DNA of 64,000 bases from Gonapodya sp. JEL0774 (lineage: Eukaryota): contig JADIIX010000041.1 of assembly GCA_027604505.1 (NCBI GenBank), positions 1 through 64,000 on the forward strand. Direction: 5' to 3'. How positions within the stretch are numbered: position 1 is the first letter of the stretch; each line of letters opens with the position of its first letter. The position numbers and the translations under genes are program-made. The notes beneath the pieces were generated by a model, which ran no database searches, was not told the DNA's origin, and saw only the letters and a list, made by a program, of their open reading frames with translations. This document shows, piece after piece, positions 1-11,844 of this stretch.

Positions 1-2293
1 CCCCTAGCCCTTCGACCCCCGCTACCTCGACTCCCACAAGATCAAGCACCTCAGCTTCCACGCCTACCTCAGGCAAATCGCCTCCCAGACCCGCGTCCGC
101 GTGTCCTCGGCCACCTTTGTGCCCCCGCTCGACGAGCCAGACTACAAGGTCAAGCATCCGTGCCCGAAGGGAGGGCACCCGCCGTACCCAGAAGGCATAT
201 GTAGCACGTGTCAGCCCAGCGCGGTGACGTTGCAGACGCAGGTGGGTGGGGAAGGGGGGGGGGGGCGAGGGGATTTGTAGGGGGACAAGGGAGGGAGGGA
301 TGGGAGCAAGGAAGGGTGTAAGGGAGGGGAGGGGTGACTGTGACGGTGACGGCATTTTTTGTTTTTGTTTGTTGTTGTGTGTCTGTCGCCGTGTTTGGGA
401 TCTGGTGTTCGGTCTCTTCCTTTTTTTTTTTTTCATTCCCGTTTCTTCTTCTTCTTCATTTTTTTTTGTTTCCCTTTTTTTTGTGTTCTGTTTTAACCCC
501 ACCCCCCGAACCACCACGCACCCACGCAACCCGACACCCCTGTCACACACACACCTTAACCACTCCCACTACCCCCCCCACCTCCACAGACCTTCCGCAT
601 GGTGGACCACGTCGAGTTCGAATCCGCCTCCATCGTTGAAAACTTCCTCCGCTACTGGCGCACCACCGGCGTCCAACGCTTCGGCTACCTGTACGGCCGC
701 TACGAGCCCTACGACAAGGTCGCTCTGGGCGTCAAGGCGGTCGTCGTGGCGGTGTACGAACCCCCGCAGGACGGCGCCGTGGACGGGATCCAGATGCACC
801 TTCCTGACCCTGACGAAGCCCGCGCGGACCAGGTGGCGGCTACCCTGGGGCTCAGGAAAGTCGGCACCATATACACCGACTTGCTCGACGACGGCACGGG
901 CCGGGGCACCGTGGTGTGCAAGCGGCACGCCGGGTCGTATTTCCTCTCCTCCGCCGAGTCCGTGTTCGCCGCGCACGAGCAGCTTCGCCACCCCACCCCC
1001 ACCCGGTACTCCACCTCGGGCACGTTCGGATCCCGCATGGTCACGTGCGTGGTGTCGGGGGACCAGGACGGGGGGATCACCGTGTTCGCCTACCAGGTGT
1101 CCAACACGGCGCAGGCCATGGTCCGCGACGGGATCGTCGAACCGGCCACGGATCCTTCGGTGGTGCTCGTCAAGGAGAGCACAGAGAGGCAGTACGTCCC
1201 CGAGGTGTTTTACAAGTACAAGAACGGGTACAATATTTTGGTGCAGGAGGCGGCGAAACCGGCGTTTCCCGTTGAGTATTTGCTCGTGACGGTGGGTGTA
1301 GGGTGTGGGGGTGGGGTTGGGGGGGGGAGGAGAGGGCNNNNNNNNNNCGCCCCGGCCGCGCGCCCGCGGGCCGGGCGCGGGGCTCGAGGAACCCAGAGAG
1401 GAGGGGTTTGGCGGTTTTGGGACCGGGTATACGATCAGTGGCGTGTGCATGAATACGTCTTCTCCTTCTCTTCCTTGCCCCGTCACGTGACCACCACCAC
1501 CTCCATCCCTCTTGTTCGTCCACACTATTCCACCTGCGCCTCACCCAATCACCCCCTACTCAGCTCACCCACGGCTTCCCCCAGAACCCCTCTCCGACTT
1601 TTGTCTCCACCAACCCGTTCCCCATCGAGCACCGCGAGGATGTCGAGCCGCAGGACCTGGCCGCGGTGAAGAGGACCGTCGTAGGCGGTGCGAAGCTCGG
1701 GCAGGCCTTGTCGGACTTTCACCTGCTGCTGTATATTAAGGGGATGGGGGTCGTCAGTGAGGTGGGTGGAGGGTGGCCGCGGCCGCCTTGTGGTGTGCGC
1801 ATTGGGCAGGGGGAAGTGTGGAGCGCTGATTGAGTTTTTTTGTCTCGGTCCCTCTCACGTCACTGCTCCTCTCAACTTTGTATTTCTGAACACACAAAAC
1901 AAACAACCAAGACCGACTTTGCCCTAGCGTGTAAAGCGGCCCTGTCCCATTCGGACGTGGACGCGAGCGAGCTTACGCTCAGTCCGTCGTGGCAGACCTT
2001 CATCACCATTCTCAACACCACGTCGAGTACGTATTGTCCCCCACGCTGGCTGGGGAGGGATTCGATTTTGTTTTATTTGTGTGCTCATGATGTGGACGGC
2101 CTTTCTCTCCCCAGGTTCCTCTGGTCCAACACCGTCGAAAGGCGCAGGAGGAAGCACAGGCGGGGGCGGTGGTGGGGGTGGAGGTGGAGGCGGAGCCGGG
2201 CGCGCACAGCAGGCGTGGTCGTGCAGGCACTGCACCTTCGCCAACCGAGGCGCCGCGGTGGAATGTGAAATGTGCGGGTTACCGCGAGATTGA
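1..2293 (+). CDS. NPL4: Nuclear protein localization 4 (Cdc48/p97 cofactor), 5'-partial, multi-exon, with C-terminal NZF/RanBP2 zinc finger
   Basis: Exons encode [41 protein letters not shown]...[10 protein letters not shown]...YEPPQ...[12 protein letters not shown]...YQVSN...[13 protein letters not shown] and end in [25 protein letters not shown]. Intron 242-589; assembly gap at 1338-1347 lies in an intron. Confidence 0.95.
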
Positions 2294-2495
2294 GGAGGTG
2301 CATGGAGTTGGGAATTTTTTGGTTGCATGGAGATGAAAATAATACATTCGTGTAGATCCTCTGTTGCTGTGCCGTTGTTTGGGCGCGCGGGGGGTTTTTG
2401 GGCGGGTGTTGGCATTTGAGCACCCCACCCCCTGACCGTGCACTGCGAACTTTTCTCTGTCCACATTCAGTTTTGCATTTCTTCTCACATCCTCA

Positions 2496-5005
2496 ATGGC
2501 TCCCATCGGAAAGATCTACTCCTACCCCAACAACCCCAGGCAAGTCGAAAAGAACGATTCTTTGGCAGGATGCAGGATTCCCCTGTGCCCTGCCACCTAC
2601 TTATGCTCAAACTCAATCCCCTACCCATTTCGACCTCCTTCCTCCCACTGCATTCACCCACTCGCACTCCGGAAACCAATCGCAGGGTCTACAAGGCTCT
2701 CATTGCCGCCAAGTACAATGGCCTGGAGGTTGAGGAGGACAAGGGGTTCCAGATTGGTGTGACCAACACCACCCCGGCTTTCCTCAACAAGTTCCCCCTC
2801 GGCAAGGTGAGAGATACCAGAGATGGGAAGATGGCCTGGAGCAGCGCGACCGCGATGGCGGAGGGATGGAAATGAATTCGAGACTGGCGAGGTGGTCTGA
2901 ATCCAATCGTGTCTCCTGTTGTTTTTGTAGGTGCCCGCCTTTGAAGGTGCCGACGGCTTCACCCTCTACGAGAGCAACGCTATTGCATACTACGGTGAGT
3001 TTCGATATCTGACCGCCTTCAACAAGAGCTAGCGGAAGATGTGTTCTCCTGGGAATCTGGTCGAAGTTTTGTGGGGCAACATGATTCTCTCTTCCACCGC
3101 ACATACAAAGGATGAGTCCATCGTCACCAAAGCAGTTATCCCTGGCTGAATCCCATTCACACTGGGATGTGTTGATATATTGGAATTTACTGATAATGCG
3201 TCATATGTTGACGTGTGCGCGTGGAACTGGCGATCCCCGAAACTACTTTTCCGTTTCGTCAATCTTCTGTTGACAATGGTCTTCATGCCCTCTCTTCCCA
3301 AAGTCGCGTCGTCCAAGAAGGACACCAAGCTCCTCGGCAAGGACAAGCAGGAGGCGGCCAAGATCCAACAGTACATTTTCCTCGCCGACAACGAAATCTC
3401 CCCCGCTGCCGTGAGTTTCCCAAGTGGTGAATCAATGAAAATTTTCAAGCGAATGTTAGAAATTTTTCAATGTACCTTTAGGCGACGTGGACATTCCCAA
3501 TCCTCGGTTGGATTCCGTTCAACAAAGTGAACCAGGCCAAGGCCATCGAGGACATCAAGAAAACCCTCTCCGTTCTGGACAAAATCCTTCTCCGCCGGTA
3601 TGCTCGTTCTTATAGTTGAAAGCTCTTGTATTTGCCTCAATTCTTCCATTCGGATCTCGTACAGCACATTCCTCGTCGGCGAAACCGTCACCCTTGCCGA
3701 CATCACTGTATTCGCCGCCCTCCTCAACCTCTACAAACTTGTGAGTTGAAAGTGAAAGCTCTGGTCTATCGAATGTAGAAATTGAATGGTCTCTTGCTAT
3801 CGCTCCTGTAGGTTCTTGAGCCCGAAATCCGGAAACCGTACGTCAACGTCAACCGATGGTTCTTGACGCTCGCACACCAGGCCGAATTCTCCGCTGTCGT
3901 TGGTGAAGTTAACCTGTGCGAGAAGGCTGCGGAGCCCAAGAAGGTGAGCCATCTTTCGGATGACAATTGCCTCTTTGAATGTTCAGCAAATTGGTTGACG
4001 ATGATCTTCTGGCCCTTTTATCAGGCGGAGGACAAGCCCAAAGAGGAAAAGAAGAAGGAGGAGAAAAAACCCAAGGAAGAGAAGAAGAAGGAGGAGAAGA
4101 AGCCTAAGGAGGAGAAGAAGAAGGAGGAGCAACCACCCGCGAACGATGATGACGAGTAAGCTCAGTGTATCTGTCATTCTTTCTGTCGGGTTCCCAACCT
4201 GGGATTGTATTCTTTTGCTCGTAGGGACGAGAAACCTGTTGAAAAGAAGGCGCCGAACGCTCTTGACCTTCTCCCCCCCTCGTGAGTTCGAGAATCGTTC
4301 TGGTGCACCAAATTCGCTTCTAATTTACTCGATCATCAGCAAATTCAACCTCGAGAACTGGAAACGATTCTACTCCAACAACGACACTAGGCCGACAGCT
4401 GTGAACTACTTCTGGGACAATTTCGACAAGGAGGGCTTCTCCATCTGGAAGGTTGACTACAAATATAACGAGGAACTTGTAAGCAGCACTGTCTATATGC
4501 AGAATTCAATCTTGACCTTCTCTTACCTATGCTTTGAATTTCGTGTTCCGAAGACCATGACTTTCATGTCCTCGAACTTGGTTGGTGGTTTCTTCCAGCG
4601 GTTAGAGTCAGCGCGGAAATACGGTGAGTTGCTGTTTAATAATTATCAGCGCTCACGGTTTGCTGAGCAGCATTGTTTTCAGCTTTCGGTGTGCTCCTCG
4701 TCCTTGGCGAGAACAACAACAGCGTCATCAGCGGATACTTCGTCTTCCGCGGACAGGAAGTACCAGAGATGGTTGTTGATGCACCGGACTATGAGTCGTT
4801 CGAGTTCACCAAGGTGGATTCGGACAACGCTGCGGTACGGAAGGACTTTGAGGACTACCTTGCATGGGACGTTCCCATTGGTGGCAGGAAATTCGCTGAC
4901 GGTGAGTCAGAACGGGAAGTGGGTTGACTCATTGTTCAGTGTCTCACATAGCGCCTTCTTCCCCTCCCCCCGCTTTTCATCCCAAAAGGCAAAGCCTTCA
5001 AATGA
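2496..5005 (+). CDS. TEF4: Translation elongation factor 1B gamma (GST-like N-domain, KE-rich linker, EF1G domain)
   Basis: MAPIGKIYSYPNNPR|VYKALIAAKY...KFPLGK|VPAF...ESNAIAYY; KEEKK linker; FNLENWKRFYSNNDT; TFMSSNLVGGFFQRLE; DYLAWD...FADGKAFK* (stop 5003-5005). Confidence 0.96.
3105..3197 (+). ncRNA. Intronic box C/D snoRNA, snR38/SNORD60-like (LSU rRNA Gm guide)
   Basis: In eEF1Bgamma intron 2995-3303: C-like box AGGATGA (3109-3115), guide CAGTTATCCCTG (3133-3144) complementary to conserved LSU CAGGGAUAACUG, CTGA boxes at 3146-3149 and 3190-3193. Confidence 0.8.
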
Positions 5006-5142
5006 TCATACATATTCATATAATACTGTGAAAAATAGAGTTTGAATGTGCACATTGTTTTGATCAGACGCAGCTAGCCACAGCGATCACACGCATTCGA
5101 ACACATTGCACACAAACGACCTCCCATCGAAACATCATCGCG

Positions 5143-5848
5143 ATGGAAGAGCAGACGACCGGGCGGCGACGAAGACGGGCACTAGGAAGTGAAACTCGTC
5201 TGAATGTTGACGAGTCGGCCGAGGCTGTTCTTGTGCCGGAGATGACTGCGCCAGAAGCGCCTGGACCGACGAAGACCGACCAGAAGCCAAAGTGAGGGGA
5301 AACTACAAAATTCATCGACTCAAAGCTTAGACAAAGATTTTTTAGAGGATCGACACCCAAGTCAGGCGTTGTCATCATTCAAGACGATACTAATGATGAA
5401 GGTGCCCTTCTGACGAGTCTCATATTCTTTGTGCGGATCTTCATACCTTTCAATATCGGTCAGTCGACGTGCCTGTGATTCCCGACTTGACCCCTGTGGA
5501 GACTTTCGACCCTCGAGGGTCATTGGCGAACCAACAGAAACGTCGCTCAAAAAGTCGCATTGCAGACGCAGTACCGACTCGTCGAGAGGAAGCCACAGCG
5601 AGTGTTAATTTTGATTCCTGCTCTTGTGGTAGCATAATGAGGAGTCGGTTTCCTCGTGTTATCAGGGACCTCCTCCTCCTCCCGGGTTGGAACTGGTTGA
5701 GCTGCGTGCGCTCGCATTTTTTTCACCAAACTTGGTCGCGGATGATGTGAAGCCTTGGGGTTGGGACGTGTTGTGGAAGGATTGTTGCGCAATTGTCAAT
5801 GGGCGCACTTCCCCGCTTCCCCCACTGCCCAAACCTCAAAGTGAGTAA
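5143..5848 (+). CDS. IFT43: Intraflagellar transport protein 43 (IFT-A subunit)-like
   Basis: Spliced product MEEQTTGRRRRR...DDTNDEVDVPVIPDL...LELVELRALAFFSPNLVADDVKPWGWDVLW resembles the IFT43 motifs D-x-P-V-I-P-D-L and W-x-W-D-x-L. Not represented as a single ORF in the track. Confidence 0.7.
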
Positions 5849-5915
5849 AGTTCAATTATGTACAAAGATGAATAGGCTTCGAGGCTATCGCCTGTGATAC
5901 ATTCTATGCGATCAT

Positions 5916-6761
5916 TCAAGTTTCCGTGATTCGCCCCAAATGTTCTTCGCGAATACTCCCAATTGCAAACTCATCGAGGGAGTGAAAATAAATTCACTTC
6001 CGTCAATCAGTCTCCGAGGATTCAAAAACGATTGCACATTATGTACTCACGAGTCCGCCCATATCAGGCTTCACACTAACAATTCTGAGACGGACGTTTT
6101 CGCCCTTCCCAATACGCCAATTTGTCTGTGGCAGAAACGGTGCGAGCCATTGACCACCACACGAGAAAATAGACACTGTGGCTCAATAATTACCTCCGGA
6201 TGGTCTTCTGGATACACATATGACGTATTACCATTGGTCGTCTCGAGTTTCATCTCAGTCGGCATAAGCTGGGCAACCAAACCAGACGAAGTGATAATTC
6301 CAACGCGCCCCCGAAATCAAAACATAAGACCACTTTTCCATGATAATGAGTATCGTCATCACACTCACGTGTGTTGACACAAATACTTGGAGCGGTCCAC
6401 ACTCTGCGAAGAAACCAGTCTTCATTACGTTTGTAATCACGCCATCAAGAACCTCGTTCCTGAAAGGCTTGAACACGAGTGCTCGGTAGTCTAAGCGAAA
6501 CTCAGCGAACCCGGTTGCTGCCTGCACCAAACCCTTTGGGGGATCGCTAATCTCCAGAATGTGGACGATGTATCCGAAACGTCCGTCGCAGGTCCCCTCT
6601 TTATCATCCCGCAGCCTCTGAATTAGTTGCTCGCGAAGACTTTTTCCAAATGCTTTCGGTGGGAGGAGGATTGTGTGAGACAGAGATTTCTGGAACGGAA
6701 AGTCAGGAAGGGAATTGTTCAGATTCCTTGCGCACAGCGGTGAGCTTACAACGAAGAACAT
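5916..6761 (-). CDS. RPB7: RNA polymerase II subunit RPB7
   Basis: MFFV|...EGTCDGRFGYIV...GFAEF...YRALVFKPFRNEVLDGVI...GFFAECGPLQVFVSTH...FAIGSIREEHLG. Confidence 0.96.
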
Positions 6762-7328
6762 GGCTCCAGAAATCTCCCAAACGCTGAGCCCACTCCAAGC
6801 ACCGGGTTGCGAAAGGGTTTGGGATCAGGATTGGAGTGAGTGGGAAGGTAATTATAGTTAGTTAGCTGCATTAACATTGTGGATGGAGACAGAATGTGAC
6901 CAAAGCAGAGGCTGCGGAAAACATTTCACCAAAAACAATAAGTATTTTTTAATTTGAGCCTAATTTTTCTGCTTTTCCATCTCAGATATTCAAGCGTTAT
7001 CACCATGGTGCCCCTCGGCCTCCGTAAATCCCTACTCTTCCCATAATTCCATGCACTCCCTGCACTTTTGACAATTATCAGCACTATTCTTACTCATTGA
7101 GTACTCGTATATGGGGACGGTACACGTAGTTTCGGAGGTTTGGCGGTTGGCGGCTCTATTTCGCAAAATTCATTTTGTTTCGGTCCTGAAGGCACATTTG
7201 CTTAGGAGTGGCGTAAAATTGAACTGGCGATTTCCAGGCATCTGCGCGATACTATTGCGATATTGCTATCAAGATACCAACACCCTCGTAATCAGCTACA
7301 GTGAATCGGGTACTCCACGGCAATCAGG

Positions 7329-9923
7329 ATGAGATTCACTTTGCCCGCCTGGGGTGTTTTCCTGATCCTGGTGACCTTCCTGGTCTCTAGTGCACGCGCA
7401 AATCTTGCGGATTGTGGAGCTGTTAGATCTTATTCCAGTTCTCTGTTCTTTGGCATGGGTGAAGATCTGATTCACATGGTTTCTCACTTAGATTGAAAGC
7501 TTCCTGGTTGCAGGAAGGCAGACTCCCCCATGGACTGCTGGTACGGAATGTTGTGGATTTGCTCAAGGCAGGCGCAACGTAACTTGTGACGCATCTGGGA
7601 GGGTTATACTGTTGTAGGTTGCGAGCTTTGGTTTTGAGAACGAGGTTCTCTTCACAGGACGCGCGTTTCCGAACATCGCACAGCTCTTATGGACCAACTC
7701 CGACAGAACGAGATCGTGGCGTTAATATGTTAGCAGGAGTGTTTGCGTCTCTTCCTTCACTTTCGGCATTGACAAATTTGCAAGCACTTTACCTTGGTGC
7801 GTCATTGGGAGTCGCTGGCTCCCCAGATCATTTCAAAGATGACCCTAACTTGGATCCACAGTCAACAACAGTTTAACGGGAGCTGCACCGTATGTAATTG
7901 ATCGTGGATGTTCGCAGATTGGACCTTACCATCAATCCCTATTCAATCCCTCCTAACCGTTATTGCCCTATCCCCACCCATGCCCACACATTGATAGTAC
8001 CTCGCTCGCTCAACTTTCTAACCTTCAGCAGCTTTTTGTTACGGGCAATCAACTCACGTCGTTGCCTGACCTCTCTGTGCTCGCACCTACTCTCACGATT
8101 CTCGATGCTGGTTCCAATGCTTTGAGCGGCGCTGCTCCGACTTGGATTGGAAATCTTGTCAATTTACAAGAATTGTAAGTGGCGCACCATGTTGTTTTTG
8201 CCGAGGGAGTGCATCGTTGAAGATCCGGAATATTTTCAGATGGCTGGGAAGGAACAATTTTGCAGGACCATTGCCGACCAGTTGGACAAGTTTGACGAGA
8301 CTTCGTATTTTGGTTTTATGGTACAACGGATTTACTGGTGTGAAATTATGAGTGTTTGAGAGACAGCGCCACCATCCTCACAGCTTGCCCCCTCCAGGTG
8401 CTGTCCCATCCTATGTCAGCACCTTCACATCGTTGCAGGCACTTGTGCTATCTAATAACGCTGTAAGGAGTTTAATTGATGGCGCTTTTGCTATGAATGG
8501 AGGTGACCCCATTCTGTAGTTCACAGGAACGTTTCCGAGTACGGCTAACCAACTGAGCCTTGCTGCTGTGTAAGGAGCTCACGCATGTTTGCTGACGTAG
8601 CCCATTTGATGGACGAACTATTGTTTTGCAGGCTGGCAGACAACAACCAGTTTTCTGGCTCTTTGCCGTGAGTTCGCAAGACTGCCAACAGACGTGTAAA
8701 CCCTGTCTCAGTTCCTACAACATTTGCGAATTCAATCATGCAGGACTTTCACGGGCAACACACGGCTTGTGCAACTTCAGCTTGCGAACAACAAGTTCAC
8801 CGGGACCTTTCCGAGTTACACCAGTCTTCCTCTCACTACCCTCATTTTGAGCGGTAATCCAGGTGTCACCGGCTCTCTTGACGGGAAACTACCATCGTCA
8901 CTCAAGACATGCACACTGGGAGGTATTGGTGCCTGCGCAACTGCCCTTGCGAACGTTCCCCTTCAATGCCGTATCGCCCAAGCACAAACAACTGTTTGCG
9001 GATGTGAGTCAAGCCAGCGTCCACATCAGATGTCTCAAGATAGCTGAACTCTTCATAAGCAGCCACCGCGCCAAGTCCACCTTCTTCAAGCCCCCCATCA
9101 AGCCCTCCCTCGAGCCCACCTTCTTCACCTGCACCACCTCCCACTGATAGCGGTAGCAGTCTGAGCGGTGGCGCAATCGGTGGTATAAGTGGTGGCTCTG
9201 TTGTTTTCGCACTCGCTGCGGTATGTATCCTCTGAAAATTGTGCTAGGTGGTACTCTGTTAATTGCTCCCCCGCCTTGCAGGCTGCGCTACTCTTTTGTA
9301 TTTGCAAACGCAGAAATGGTAACTCCGGCAGTACCGGCAAGTATGGGAATGACTCCATGTCTTCATTGCCTCTCGCATCGGCCTCGTCGGGTGGATACCC
9401 CACTCCATCCAACTCGTACCCACCTCCATCCGACTCGTACCCGCCTCCCTCCAACTCGTATCCGCCACCTTCCAACTCGTACCCGCCACCTTCCAACTCG
9501 TACCCGCCATCTTCCAACTCGTACCCTCCACCTCAGAACTCGTATGCTCCACCGTCTCAGAGCTCTTACCCCTCTTCTACGCAAGCATCACCGGCGGTCT
9601 ACGGCGGCTACTCCCCGGCTCCCTCGGCTGCCACCATCGCCCCCGTGCCACCTGTTTACGATCAACGTTTCCCATACACGAAGAGGTGTGTTAAAGGCTA
9701 CAAGGCAAACGGATCGGATGAGCTCAACTTGGAGCCCGGTGATGAGGTGAGAGTGGAGAAAAATGTTGAAGCCGGGTGAGTTTACAAACTGCGAACATCG
9801 GAGAGAGTTCATAAGTTCATACTTCTCAAACATCTATGCGCGTACAGTTGGCTCTTCGGAACCAAGGTCGCGACGGGTGCGTCTGGAGCGTTCCCTGAGC
9901 TCGTCTTTGCGGAGAAGAGTTGA
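7329..9923 (+). CDS. Single-pass receptor-like protein: signal peptide, plant-type LRRs, Pro/Ser stalk, TM, Tyr/Pro heptad repeats, C-terminal SH3
   Basis: MRFTLPAWGVFLILVTFLVSSARA signal; LRRs such as IGNLVNLQELWLGRNNFAGPLP and LVQLQLANNKFTGTFP; TM GAIGGISGGSVVFALAAAALLFCIC-KRR; SH3 CVKGYKANGSDELNLEPGDEVRV...GWLFG...GAFP. Confidence 0.85.
9408..9555 (+). repeat. Coding 21-bp tandem repeat (SNSYPPP x ~7)
   Basis: tccaactcgtacccgccacct-type units repeated in frame. Confidence 0.95.
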
Positions 9924-9927
9924 ACAA

Positions 9928-10128
9928 CATTAGGGATGAGGAAATCCCCCGCATTATTCTAAAAATAACTTCAATGAGTGCTATACTACACGATGTCTTA
10001 CATAATGTTATTCGGGATCTTGTAATAGGGAATGTTACACAACATGCAACGGAAAAAATGACCATTAGAGGATGAGGAAATCCCCACATTATTCTAAAAC
10101 TTCCTTGAATGAGTGCCATACTGCACGA
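9928..10128. repeat. Imperfect ~66-bp direct repeat pair in 3' UTR/intergenic DNA
   Basis: cattag(a)ggatgaggaaatcccc..cattattctaaaa...aatgagtgc.atact.cacga at 9928-9993 and 10063-10128. Confidence 0.85.
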
Positions 10129-10289
10129 GAAGGAAAAGAAAAGTTTATATCAAGGAAGGTTTGCAACTAAAAGCATCCTAAAACCTGCGAATTAAATGCA
10201 GATATATAAAATCAATCATCCGACGATAAGGGCTTGCGAAAAAGAGAAGTGTGGTAATATGGTTTAGGTTCAGCATTATCTTAATCAAT

Positions 10290-11728
10290 AACACCACATA
10301 AACTCACTGTATTCCCTCCTTCGACTCCACACCACCAATCCCGTTGCGACCTCGATCCCCAGCAAGAACACGTCCATCACCAGCACACCTACGAATAACT
10401 GGAAAGCCCAATCGTATGTGACGACGCCGCCGAAGGTTGAAAGTGCGCCTTGGTTGACAGCGTATGAGATAAGAGAAATTGTCCCAGTTTGGAGCAGGGC
10501 TGCGTGACGGGGTTAAGTGTGTTGTTATTAAGAGCTGGACAATGACTCGGAGAAAGAGACCGACCGTGGATGGATATCAGGCCGCCTGAGCCGAGTGTGA
10601 AAACGGTGATAATTGGTAAAGAGGTGGAAAATTTAGGATCAAACCGAGAGAACATTGATTAAAAACGGACAGTCAACATTCAACATAGCAAAGAGGTGGA
10701 AAGACCTCAACAGGCAATTGTCTCCTAAATGGGGCGGTCATCATTCATTGACCCCATGTATGAATTCAGCGCAACGGAAGGCCGCCATCACATCCATTCA
10801 TATCACATTGGGTTGAGCGTTGTGGCGAGGAACACTTGAACCACCGGCCAAAGCCTCCTGCTAATGCTTTATTCCACTCATCTCGCCTTCCCACTTGCTG
10901 AAAGTATGGTTGTACCGCCTATGGAGGTATGTAGCCGTGCGCCTGCAACCACAACGACGCCGACGCCTTGGTTGAGACTCACCACCAAGTCCCAGCTTCA
11001 CCCGAAGATGTTCAAAGGGAAAAGAAAGGACCATAGTTGCCCAAGAGAGGACTAAGAGGAGTAGCGGGGATGGCAGGGGGGGGAGGGAGGGGGGGGCGGA
11101 GAATGACGTGGTAGGAATTGTTAAAGCAAGAAACTGAAGACATAGAGCAGAACAGAAGAACACCAGGAGGGCCAGGGGATTGGGAAACGGAGGGTTGTAC
11201 CACAACCCTGACTCGGTACTCACTCGCAACGGCGCAGCTCGCAATAGCACTGTAACGAGCAAGTCCCCAGTACGTACAAACGAGGTGGTCGAGACTGGAA
11301 AGTTAGGGGAATAGCAGGGTAGGGTTGACTCGAGGAGACCCAACCCAGTTCCTCAACCCGTTGAGCTTGGGATGTTACCAGAACTTACTCATCAGGTCCA
11401 CTCTTTCGACAAGTGTCTTTTGAGGGAAATGGAGAACATGTCGCCAAACGTCCATCACCAAACGAGATACACGACTCGAACAGCCCCGTGGTTGCGACAG
11501 ATGAGAACAACGGATTCACTTCCTTGATTGTGATAGACAATATTGTAATAAGTGCTCAAGAATGAGGTTCCTTTAACCCCAGAGTTAAGTTAGACTGACT
11601 CTGATCCAGAATCGCGAGTTGGTCCCGACGACGGTGAGTGCAGTGGACACGGAGAAAGCGAGGAAAACTATAACCGAGACTGCTGCGAGACCTGAGTCAC
11701 GCGTTGGTTGAACCAGGGCCACAGGCAT
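10290..11728 (-). CDS. Putative claudin/PMP22/Sur7-like tetraspan membrane protein (middle exons uncertain)
   Basis: TM1 LAAVSVIVFLAFSVSTALTVVGTNSRFW, loop TTGLFESCISF...C, CTYWGLARYSAIASCAVA, C-terminal YDWAFQLFVGVLVMDVFLLGIEV; W...GL(F/W)xxC...C signature. Confidence 0.5.
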
Positions 11729-11844
11729 TTGGTGATGGTTACTGGTGATGCAGTTTGCTCGGATTGGAATCTCTGTCGGGGTGATGTGACCACCGCAACG
11801 CAATAATGACCACCACCTTCTTTTTATTGTCCCAACTACTATTC

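Noticed and set aside
246..1525. Long antisense and alternate-frame ORFs over NPL4 (likewise over the sugar porter, PSE1 and RXT2)
   Set aside because: Shadow ORFs caused by high GC and codon bias in the real genes.
4036..4130. KEEKKKEEKKP repeat
   Set aside because: Normal low-complexity linker of eEF1B-gamma.
9408..9555. 21-bp repeat as a CRISPR-like array
   Set aside because: No spacers, lies in frame within a eukaryotic exon, and no cas genes are present.
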